Source: Chthonomonadales bacterium (GTDB lineage: Bacteria; Armatimonadota; Chthonomonadetes; Chthonomonadales; CAJBBX01). Taken from it: a stretch of DNA of 44,529 nucleotides. The position numbers were made by a program, and so were the translations under genes. Within the stretch, counting starts at the first letter, position 1; each line of letters starts with the position of its first letter. The notes under the pieces are model-generated. The model was not told the origin of the DNA. It saw only the letters and a program-made list of their open reading frames with translations, and did not search any database. Where the stretch lies: assembly GCA_037443035.1 (NCBI GenBank), contig JBBIPC010000025.1, positions 1 through 44,529 on the forward strand, written 5' to 3'. Below are positions 8,534-16,787 of this stretch, piece after piece.

Positions 8534-10534
8534 ATGAGGTGGATGCTCATGGCAACCTGCGGGATGATTCTGTCGGCGGGCGTGACGAACTCGCTGCGTG
8601 ATGTGGGCTTACCGTCGTCGTGGCTGCGAAAGTGGCAATCTCCTCCCTGCGAAGATCGCCCTCTGCAGATCGTTCACGGGATAGACCCCTCCGGCAGAGG
8701 GCCGGCTGGCATGGCCCAGATGGTACCTTCGGCTGGCTCAGATGGGATTGCCGATGAAGGGATGCGTTACTACCGTGACATGGGTCTCGGCGGCGTGGTC
8801 TGCAATGTTCTCTTCCAGAGCTATCTTCGCTCTGAGGCGGCCTGGACAGCCCTGGTGGATGCGGTCCATGCCGCCGAGCGGCTCGGCATGATCGTTTGGA
8901 TCTATGACGAAGAGGGGTACCCGAGCGGGGCAGCAGGCGGACGTGTCCTCGAAGGGAACCCCGAATACGAGGCGCAGGAGCTCGCCTACGATCCTTCGAA
9001 GCCCGATCCTTTCGTCGTACGCCCGTCGTACGAGTTCACGCACGCTGCGAACAACTACTACGCTGCTCGGCGGTACGTCAATCTCCTGGACGAACGGGCG
9101 GTGCGTAAGTTCCTCGCGCTCACGCATCAGGCTTACCGTCGGCGCCTGGGCTCGTGCATGGGCACGACCGTGCGTGCGTTCTTCACCGATGAGCCCTCCT
9201 TGCTTGCCGTGAATTTGGGGCAGATACCGGAGTCGGCGCGACGGAACGTCTGCATCCGCGACGCCCTCGACCCCACCATCCGGCCATTGCCTGCCGTTCC
9301 GTGGGTGCACGATCTACCGGAGCGCTACCGTGAGCGATATGGACAGGATCTTCTACAAGTGCGCCGCAGCCTGTTCGAAGGCGATAAACAGAAGGACAAG
9401 GAGGTACGCAGGCGGTTCTGGACTCTCGTGGGCGATCTGATAGCTGAGCGCTACTTCGGAACGATCCAGAAATGGTGTCGCGAATACCGCGTGGCCTCCT
9501 CGGGGCACAATCTCTGGGAAGAGGCCATCATGCACCATCCGGCGCTCTACGGAAATGCGCTGAAGGCCCTGAGCCGCATGGACATCCCGGGCATGGACGA
9601 ACTTTCCAGCGATCCTACGGCTGTCCTGCATGGCCACTGGATGACTGTAGCCCTGCCAGCGTCGGCCGCCATGTTGACGGGTGGACGGCGTGTCTTTACG
9701 GAGGTCAGCGATTTCTCGGAGAAGATGGGAGGTAGAGGCCCGGCCTCTCTGCCCATGATGCTCGCCACGGCCGGATGGCAGGCAGCGTTTGGCGTGACGG
9801 AGTTCACTCTGTACTACGGTATCGGAGACAGATCGCCCCAGGATTACCGGTCGTACTGTGCCTTCGTAGGCAGACTGAACGCAGTACTGAAACCGGCTCG
9901 CATGGACCCAGAAGTGCTCCTCTACTACCCAATTCGGGATCTCATGGAGGAGTACCGACCGGTCGCGGAACCTCTGAGTATCGCCTCCCAATCAACTCGG
10001 GCCCGACGAATCGTGGGTTCTTTCAACCGCTTAGGCACGAGCCTGACGCGGGCGCAGATCCCCTTCTGCCTGGTGGATGACGAGTTTCTCGCCAAAGCTG
10101 CCATCCGCAGAGGCCGGCTGGCGATTCGCCAATACGGCTTCCGGGCCATAGTTATCCCGGACGGCGTCGAGCTGCCGCCGAGCGCCGGCGACCTGCTCGA
10201 GCGCTTCCAGGCCGCGGGCGGGCTTGTTCTTCACGATGCGATGCCCCAGCAGCTCGATGCAACGCGACTCAAGACCGTACTGGATCCCGCTTATGGGCTG
10301 GAACCTGCCACGGAAGGCATTGTGCTAGGCCGCTTTCGACGCGATGGCCGCACGGTGGTCGTCCTGGTGAACACCGGAACATCGGCGTGGGGCGGGAGGC
10401 TACGCGTGGATCGGTCTGGAACCTGGACGCTCCTGGAACCGGCTACCGGTGTGACAAGAGCGGTCGAGGCAACGGGCAACGCCATCCCGGTCAGCCTTCA
10501 GCCGAGGGAGACGCTGTTGCTGGCTTCGCCATAG
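8534..10534 (+). CDS. GH106 (alpha-L-rhamnosidase)-like glycoside hydrolase
   Basis: WIYDEEGYPSGAAGG, FFTDEP and MDIPGMD motifs typical of GH106-like proteins; N-terminal signal-like segment. Confidence 0.7.
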   Translation: MRWMLMATCGMILSAGVTNSLRDVGLPSSWLRKWQSPPCEDRPLQIVHGIDPSGRGPAGMAQMVPSAGSDGIADEGMRYYRDMGLGGVVCNVLFQSYLRSEAAWTALVDAVHAAERLGMIVWIYDEEGYPSGAAGGRVLEGNPEYEAQELAYDPSKPDPFVVRPSYEFTHAANNYYAARRYVNLLDERAVRKFLALTHQAYRRRLGSCMGTTVRAFFTDEPSLLAVNLGQIPESARRNVCIRDALDPTIRPLPAVPWVHDLPERYRERYGQDLLQVRRSLFEGDKQKDKEVRRRFWTLVGDLIAERYFGTIQKWCREYRVASSGHNLWEEAIMHHPALYGNALKALSRMDIPGMDELSSDPTAVLHGHWMTVALPASAAMLTGGRRVFTEVSDFSEKMGGRGPASLPMMLATAGWQAAFGVTEFTLYYGIGDRSPQDYRSYCAFVGRLNAVLKPARMDPEVLLYYPIRDLMEEYRPVAEPLSIASQSTRARRIVGSFNRLGTSLTRAQIPFCLVDDEFLAKAAIRRGRLAIRQYGFRAIVIPDGVELPPSAGDLLERFQAAGGLVLHDAMPQQLDATRLKTVLDPAYGLEPATEGIVLGRFRRDGRTVVVLVNTGTSAWGGRLRVDRSGTWTLLEPATGVTRAVEATGNAIPVSLQPRETLLLASP

Positions 10535-10653
10535 CCAGGTGGGTGGACGACCAGGCCGGTCGCCGCCCCTGGACACGGCGTCGTCTCCGGCTCGAGTCCG
10601 GTAGCGTGGGGTAATATCTCTGCCACGTTCCACTAACGCCGGAGAACTTCACC

Positions 10654-12648
10654 GTGAGCGAAACGAAGCGCTACTACGTCACGACACCCATCTACTACGT
10701 CAATGGTCGCCCCCACATCGGTTCCGCCCTGACGACACTCTGTTGCGACTTCCTCAAGCGCTACCACGCCATGCAAGGCGAGGCCACGTGGTTCCTGACC
10801 GGCACCGATGAGAATGCCACGAAGAATCAGGAAGCTGCCCAGGCAGCCGGCGTCGATCCGCTGGAGTTCGTAACGCAGCTCGCTGGTGAGTTCCGAAGGG
10901 CGTGGGAGGGCATGGACTATGCCTTCGACGATTTCATTCGGACCACCGAACCGCGACACGTGCGGGCCGTCCAGGAAGTCTTTCGGCGACTTCGGGCTTC
11001 GGGCGACCTCTACCGCGGCACCTACGAGGGCTGGTACTGCGTGTCGGACGAGACGTTCTTCCGGGATAGTGACGTCAAGGAGGATCGCCTCTGCCCGAAC
11101 GAGGAATGCAGAAAGCCACTCAAGCGAGTACAGGAAGAGAACTACTTCTTCCGGCTCTCGGCCTACGGCGATCGCCTGCTGGCGCATATCGAGAGCCATC
11201 CCGAGTTCCTGCAACCTGATTTCCGTCGGAACGAGGTCATCGCATTCATTCAGCAGGGACTGCGCGATGCCAGCGTAACCCGGGCCAATAACGGCTGGGG
11301 CATCCCGGTCCCTGATGAACCCGACAAAGTCATCTACGTCTGGTTCGATGCCCTCATCAACTACCTCTCGGCGACAGGCTGGCCGGACGATGAGGCCAAG
11401 TATCGGGAGTTGTGGCCAGCAGATGTCCACATGATGGCCAAGGAGATCTATGTCCGTTTCCATGCGACCCTCTGGCCGGCCATGCTTATGGCGCTGGGGC
11501 TGCCGCTCCCGCGACAGGTCTACGCCCATGGCTGGTGGGTAGGCGCCGGCGGCAAGAAGGAAGGTAAGCGAACGGGAGGATTGCCCCACCCGCTGGAACT
11601 GGCGCATGAGTTCGCCCGTCGGTCAGGCGCTGCCGACCCGCTTGTTGTGGACGCTATCCGATACCTTATGCTCCGCGAGATGGTGTTTCACGGGGACAGC
11701 GAGTTCTCCGAGGACAACTTCATTCGCCGTTACAATGCCGACCTTGCCAACGACCTTGGAAACCTGTGCAACAGGACCATCGCCATGGTCGGACGGTACT
11801 TCGACGGCATGGTGCCCAAAGCAGAGCCCGATCCCACCGTCGGTGCGCTGGCGGCTCAGTGCGTCGCTGACTACGAGGCGGCAGTTCGCGACTTCCGATT
11901 CCATGCGGCACTGGAAGCGACATGGAGACTGGTATCCGGTGTCAATCGCTACATTGTCGAAAAGGCTCCTTGGGAGCTGGCAAGAAACGATCGCCGTGAC
12001 GAGCTTGGTGCTGTGCTCGCCACATGCATGGAAGCGGTGCGCGTCACATCCGTCCTCGTCGCGCCGGTCATGCCAACCGCCGCCAAGACTCTGCGGGAGC
12101 AGATGGGTCTGGCATTCGACGAGGCACCTGCCTGGTCCGAAGCCAAGGTCTGGCAAGCGGTCACGACAGGTCGCCGTGTGCAGTCGCCCAGACCCCTCTT
12201 CCCCCGCATCGTCGAGGAGTCCATGGAACCGCCTGCAGCCAGCCAGACACCCACAAGGGAGGAGACCATGACATCGCCAACGCCATCGCCAGTGCCCGAG
12301 AGTGCGCCAGAAAAGGAAGCTCCAGCCTACCTGACGTTCGAGGAGTTCTCCAAGCTGGACCTTCGCGTGGCGACAGTCGTCGAAGTGGAGAAGGTCCCGA
12401 ATGCCACGAAGCTGCTCAAGCTGACGGTCGATCTGGGCACGGAAACGCGCACGATTCTGGCGGGAATAGCCGAGATGTATGAGCCGGATGAACTGACGGG
12501 CAAGCAGATCGTGATCGTAGCTAACCTGCAGCCACGAAAGCTGCGGGGCATCGAATCCCAGGGCATGCTACTCGCGGCCGATGTGGACGGTCAGGCTATC
12601 GTGCTACAACCGGAAACCGAGGTTCCGCCAGGCGCGAAGGTGCGCTAG
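10654..12648 (+). CDS. metG: Methionine--tRNA ligase with C-terminal tRNA-binding (Trbp111/EMAP-like) domain
   Basis: YYVTTPIYYVN, PHIGSA, GTDEN, FIRTT, Zn knuckle (C..D...CPNEEC), YVWFDAL, LANDLGNL; C-terminal KLDLRVA...NLQPRKLRGIESQGM. Confidence 0.97.
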   Translation: MSETKRYYVTTPIYYVNGRPHIGSALTTLCCDFLKRYHAMQGEATWFLTGTDENATKNQEAAQAAGVDPLEFVTQLAGEFRRAWEGMDYAFDDFIRTTEPRHVRAVQEVFRRLRASGDLYRGTYEGWYCVSDETFFRDSDVKEDRLCPNEECRKPLKRVQEENYFFRLSAYGDRLLAHIESHPEFLQPDFRRNEVIAFIQQGLRDASVTRANNGWGIPVPDEPDKVIYVWFDALINYLSATGWPDDEAKYRELWPADVHMMAKEIYVRFHATLWPAMLMALGLPLPRQVYAHGWWVGAGGKKEGKRTGGLPHPLELAHEFARRSGAADPLVVDAIRYLMLREMVFHGDSEFSEDNFIRRYNADLANDLGNLCNRTIAMVGRYFDGMVPKAEPDPTVGALAAQCVADYEAAVRDFRFHAALEATWRLVSGVNRYIVEKAPWELARNDRRDELGAVLATCMEAVRVTSVLVAPVMPTAAKTLREQMGLAFDEAPAWSEAKVWQAVTTGRRVQSPRPLFPRIVEESMEPPAASQTPTREETMTSPTPSPVPESAPEKEAPAYLTFEEFSKLDLRVATVVEVEKVPNATKLLKLTVDLGTETRTILAGIAEMYEPDELTGKQIVIVANLQPRKLRGIESQGMLLAADVDGQAIVLQPETEVPPGAKVR

Positions 12649-12651
12649 GAG

Positions 12652-13887
12652 ATGGGCGTCGCCGACACCTCCGAGCCTGCCTCCAGCTCGAAACGGCTTC
12701 CGCTAAGCCCAACTGTCAAGGCGCTGGGCATCGTCAGCATGTTCGCTGACGTGTCGAGCGAGATGGTCTATCCACTGAACCCCATGTTCCTGACAAGGGT
12801 GCTTGGCGCGCCGCCGTGGGCACTGGGGCTGATCGAAGGAATCGCCGAGAGCACGGCAAGCCTACTGAAGCTGTATTCCGGCTGGTTTTCGGACAAGGCG
12901 GGCAGGCGCAAGCCCCTTGCAGTCGCCGGCTACGGCTTTGGTGCGATTGGCAAGCCGCTCATCGCAGTAGCCGCTGCGTGGTGGCAAGTCCTGTTCGCAC
13001 GGTTTGTGGACAGGCTGGGGAAAGGACTACGCACTGCGCCGCGCGACGCACTCATCGCAGAGAACTGCCCGGAGAACCAGAGGGGCCAAGCTTACGGCTT
13101 CCATCGGGCCATGGACACCATCGGCGCCGTCCTCGGGCCTCTCTGTGGCTACTGGCTCCTTACGCATGTCCTGCACGGCTCGGATGCCCATCGGTTCGCG
13201 AGGCTCTATTGGATTGCGTTCGTGCCAGGCGTGCTCGCCACCCTGGTCCTGGCCGGTGCCGTTCGGGAAGTACGCAGGCGCGATCCAGAAGCGGCCCGCA
13301 ATGCCCTGCCGTCGTTGCGCGGGCTCAGCGCTGCGATGCGATGGTATCTGCTGATCGTCGCGCTCTTCAGTCTTGGCAACTCCTCGGACGCGTTCCTCAT
13401 TCTCCGAGCCCAACAAGACATGGGTGTGGATCCGGCTCACGTGTTTCTCCTCTACGCGCTCTTCAACATTGTGGAGGCTGCGCTCGGCTATCCTGCTGGC
13501 ATTCTGTCGGACAGAGCCGGACGCCGGCCGCTCGTTGCATTGGGATGGGGCGTATTCGCCGTCGTGTACCTTGGGTTCGCGGTGCTGCACGGCACGGTTG
13601 CTGCCGTCGTCTTGTTCGTTTTGTACGGCTTCTACTATACGCTGACCCAGGGCGTGCAACGCGCGCTTGCGGCTGACCTGGCTGCGCCGGAACGGAGAGC
13701 GACCGAACTCGGTGCGTTCCACATGGTGGTCGGCCTGGCTGCTCTGCCGGCGAGCCAGCTTGCAGGTGTTCTCTACGGCATAGATCATCGGCTGCCGTTT
13801 CTATTGGGTGCCTGCACCGCCGCAATTGCCGCGCTGATGATGCTCTCAGTCCGACTTGACAGGCCCGCTGCACGATTGGTAGACTGA
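12652..13887 (+). CDS. MFS transporter
   Basis: DVSSEM, GWFSDKAGRRKP (motif A), DRLGKGLRTAPRDALIA, GFHRAMDTIGA, GILSDRAGRR; about 12 TM segments. Confidence 0.92.
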   Translation: MGVADTSEPASSSKRLPLSPTVKALGIVSMFADVSSEMVYPLNPMFLTRVLGAPPWALGLIEGIAESTASLLKLYSGWFSDKAGRRKPLAVAGYGFGAIGKPLIAVAAAWWQVLFARFVDRLGKGLRTAPRDALIAENCPENQRGQAYGFHRAMDTIGAVLGPLCGYWLLTHVLHGSDAHRFARLYWIAFVPGVLATLVLAGAVREVRRRDPEAARNALPSLRGLSAAMRWYLLIVALFSLGNSSDAFLILRAQQDMGVDPAHVFLLYALFNIVEAALGYPAGILSDRAGRRPLVALGWGVFAVVYLGFAVLHGTVAAVVLFVLYGFYYTLTQGVQRALAADLAAPERRATELGAFHMVVGLAALPASQLAGVLYGIDHRLPFLLGACTAAIAALMMLSVRLDRPAARLVD

Positions 13888-13898
13888 TTTACACATCC

Positions 13899-14660
13899 AT
13901 GGCCCGCAAGCGACGCAGCGATTTCCGAAGCCGAAGACGCCAGCAGCCTCGCGTCACGAGCTGCCTGCTCAACGTGCTGCTGCTGGTAGGATTGGCCATC
14001 GTCTCCTTCGCCGTGGGTGCGATCGTCGTTGCACGGTTCATGCCGATTCGGTCCAGCGTCATTCCCACCAGCATCAAGGAACAGCTCGATAAGATCCCCC
14101 CCAGCCTGCCTGGAGGCCACGATACGAGCTCCACGGCGGAACCTGATACCATCGTTACACCGGTCTTGACCGGACAGGCGACAGAGCCACCGAAGGACGC
14201 CGATGCTTCGGCCCAAGCACCGCCACCGCAACACCCAGTCAGCTCACCGCATCCTGTAGTGGGCGCTACGGACTACACCGACCAGGACACTCGTCAACGC
14301 CGCCAGAGTGCGACGAGAACGCCCGATTCAGACAACGGCAATGCTACTGCCAGGAAGCCTAGGCGGACACGCCACTCGGCCGACGATGCTCCAAAGGCGC
14401 AGCATGACGCACAGCGGCGCGCGCGTCGAGCATCCGGCGATGGCGATACCACTGCCAAAGAGCGCAGAAGGGCCAGTTCGGACGCAGAACGGCCTCACAC
14501 GCCGTCGCAGGTAGATTCCCCTCGCCTGCGCAGAGACTCGAACAATGACGTTGCCTCGACGCGACGTCGGTCGGCTGAAACCGCGGCCGAGCCACGTCAT
14601 TCGCCACGCCGCAGCTCCGTTAGGGACAGCATACAGCGAGGCGAGACGATCGACAACTAG
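13899..14660 (+). CDS. Hypothetical single-pass membrane protein with long low-complexity C-terminal region
   Basis: Basic N-terminus, one hydrophobic helix (CLLNVLLLVGLAIVSFAVGAIVVA), then a Pro/Thr/Arg/Asp-rich tail. Fits between the MFS gene and nadD with short spacers. Confidence 0.7.
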   Translation: MARKRRSDFRSRRRQQPRVTSCLLNVLLLVGLAIVSFAVGAIVVARFMPIRSSVIPTSIKEQLDKIPPSLPGGHDTSSTAEPDTIVTPVLTGQATEPPKDADASAQAPPPQHPVSSPHPVVGATDYTDQDTRQRRQSATRTPDSDNGNATARKPRRTRHSADDAPKAQHDAQRRARRASGDGDTTAKERRRASSDAERPHTPSQVDSPRLRRDSNNDVASTRRRSAETAAEPRHSPRRSSVRDSIQRGETIDN

Positions 14661-14678
14661 TCGCGCGGTTAACAAGAC

Positions 14679-15272
14679 ATGCGTATAGGTGTCTTGGGAG
14701 GCACGTTCGACCCCATCCACAATGCGCATTTGTTCGTCGCAGAGGATGCCTACGCGCAGTTCCGTCTGGATCAAGTACTGATCGTCCCAAACGCTGTGCC
14801 GCCGCACTGGAAGCCCTACTCCGTTACACCTGCCGAGCATCGGCTGCGGATGGCGCAGCTCGCCGTGGGAAGCTGCGTACGCATGAAGGTGGACCCCATC
14901 GAGGTCGAGCGCGGAGGTCCGTCCTACACAGTGATCACCTTGCGTGAGCTGCACGAACGGTACCCCGGAGCCGAGATCCTGTTCCTGACCGGCGCAGATG
15001 CCGTGGCTGAAATAGGAACATGGCGCGAACCGGAGGAAGTGGTTCGGCTGTGCAGGCTTATCGCGGTCAGCCGGCCCGGGTCGGATCTCGATGCGTTGCG
15101 CGATCGCATACCTGAGCGTTTGCGGCCTTTCATAGAGACGCACCCAGCCCCCGAGCTGGGGATATCCTCGACACTGATTCGTGCGCGTGTACGCCAGGGG
15201 CTGCCTGTGCATTACTTGACACCGGAAGCAGTTGTGGCATACATCCAGGAGACGGGTCTCTACCGAGCTTGA
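14679..15272 (+). CDS. nadD: Nicotinate-nucleotide adenylyltransferase
   Basis: MRIGVLGGTFDPIHNAH, PPH, SYTVITL, LTGADA, ISSTLIR. Confidence 0.95.
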   Translation: MRIGVLGGTFDPIHNAHLFVAEDAYAQFRLDQVLIVPNAVPPHWKPYSVTPAEHRLRMAQLAVGSCVRMKVDPIEVERGGPSYTVITLRELHERYPGAEILFLTGADAVAEIGTWREPEEVVRLCRLIAVSRPGSDLDALRDRIPERLRPFIETHPAPELGISSTLIRARVRQGLPVHYLTPEAVVAYIQETGLYRA

Positions 15273-15383
15273 CCCGCGCACGTCTTCTGTCGTAGCGTAG
15301 CCGCGACGGGCTGCTTCGCGGTACCATAGATTGGCGCTGGCACCTGCCGGTTCCGAATAGCAAGTTCGAGGAGAAAGGCACCC

Positions 15384-16745
15384 ATGGCGTCTGTATTCAA
15401 GATGCCGATGCTCGGCAACACGATGGAAGAGGGAACCATCGTACAGTGGTTCAAGAAGGTCGGAGATCCCGTGAAGAAGGGCGAACCGCTGTTGGAGGTG
15501 ATGTCCGATAAGGCCAACTTCGAGGTGGAAGCAGAAGCCGATGGTATCGTGCGTGCCGTTCTAGCTGATGCCGACGCTACGGTAGCGGTTCACACCCCTA
15601 TCTGCATCATAGGGACGGCCGATGAGCCGATAGACGACCTCCTCTCGGGTGATGGTGCCTCGGCGCCGCAACAGACTACCACTCCCGTTACCGCATCCGC
15701 TCCGACTGCCGAACAGGCCAGTGCTCCCGTAGTGTCATCAGTGGCGGCTTCGCCGCGCGCGAAGAAGCTGGCTGCGGAGAAGGGCGTGGACTTGGCGACG
15801 TTGGCAGCCGGAGGATCTGGCCCCGGAGGCAGAATCCTCGCTGCAGACGTCGAGGCAGCCGCCATTGCTCCAGGCGTTCGAGCCACGCCGCTCGCTACCC
15901 GCATCGCAGACGATCTCGGCGTGAGACTCGCCGAGGTTGCCGCAGGACCTGCACGGGTGCGAGCAGAGGACGTGCTTCGCGCAGCACAGGCCGCACAGAC
16001 GGCACCGCCAGCTCCCGCACCGAAGCCGGCGCCGCCGACCGCTGGCGAACCCGCCGTGGCCGAGGTCATTCCTTTCAAGGGGCTGAGGAAACTCACTGCG
16101 GACACGGTCACGCGCTCGCGTTTCACCGCGCCCCACATTACCCTCAACATGGAAGTAGACATGACGGGGGCCAAGGCTCTCCATGCCCAGCTCGCACAGT
16201 CGGTACAGGAGACCTATGGCGTCAAGATGACGCTGACGGATCTCCTCGTCAAGGCTGTTGGCAAGGCTCTGGCCAAACATCCCCTTTGCAACGCGGCGCT
16301 TATCGGTGACGAGATCCGCGTGTACGCCGATCGGAATGTCGGTGTAGCAGTGGCGGCCCCGAGCGGTCTCGTCGTGCCGGTCATCAGACAGGCGGATACG
16401 CTCAGTCTCGTGGAGATCTCGTCGAAGCTAAGGGAGCTGGTAGCGCGGTGCCGCGAAGGCAAGCAGACGCAAGACGATATCTCAGGCGGGACCTTCACCA
16501 TCACGAATATCGGCATGTTCGGCGTGGACTCCTTCGACCCGATCATCGTGCCCCCGCAGGCGTGTATCCTTGGAGTGTGCCGGGTGGCAGAGAAGCCGGT
16601 GGTGGTGGATGGTCAGATCGTCATCAGATCCATGATGAACTTGAGTCTCTCGTTCGACCACCGAGTCCTGGATGGTGTACCCGCCGCTCAATTCCTCCAG
16701 ACGCTCAAGGGATTGCTCGAGAACCCGTTGACCATTCTGGTCTAG
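15384..16745 (+). CDS. 2-oxoacid dehydrogenase E2 (dihydrolipoamide acyltransferase)
   Basis: Lipoyl domain with EVMSDKANFEV, two E3-binding-like repeats (ASPRAKKLA, ATPLATRIA), catalytic GGTFTITNIG and SFDHRVLDG. Confidence 0.93.
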   Translation: MASVFKMPMLGNTMEEGTIVQWFKKVGDPVKKGEPLLEVMSDKANFEVEAEADGIVRAVLADADATVAVHTPICIIGTADEPIDDLLSGDGASAPQQTTTPVTASAPTAEQASAPVVSSVAASPRAKKLAAEKGVDLATLAAGGSGPGGRILAADVEAAAIAPGVRATPLATRIADDLGVRLAEVAAGPARVRAEDVLRAAQAAQTAPPAPAPKPAPPTAGEPAVAEVIPFKGLRKLTADTVTRSRFTAPHITLNMEVDMTGAKALHAQLAQSVQETYGVKMTLTDLLVKAVGKALAKHPLCNAALIGDEIRVYADRNVGVAVAAPSGLVVPVIRQADTLSLVEISSKLRELVARCREGKQTQDDISGGTFTITNIGMFGVDSFDPIIVPPQACILGVCRVAEKPVVVDGQIVIRSMMNLSLSFDHRVLDGVPAAQFLQTLKGLLENPLTILV

Positions 16746-16787
16746 TCCAGCTCTGAAGAACTGCGTCGAGAGGGGGTACGCCATCCG

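Noticed and set aside
10535..10653. Possible T-box or SAM riboswitch leader upstream of metG
   Set aside because: Only about 120 bp. It has a GC-rich hairpin but no T-box (AAGGTGGTACC-like) or S-box consensus and no U-tract terminator.
10633..11607. 324-aa antisense ORF opposite metG
   Set aside because: Shadow ORF of a conserved gene in GC-rich DNA, with no recognisable motifs.
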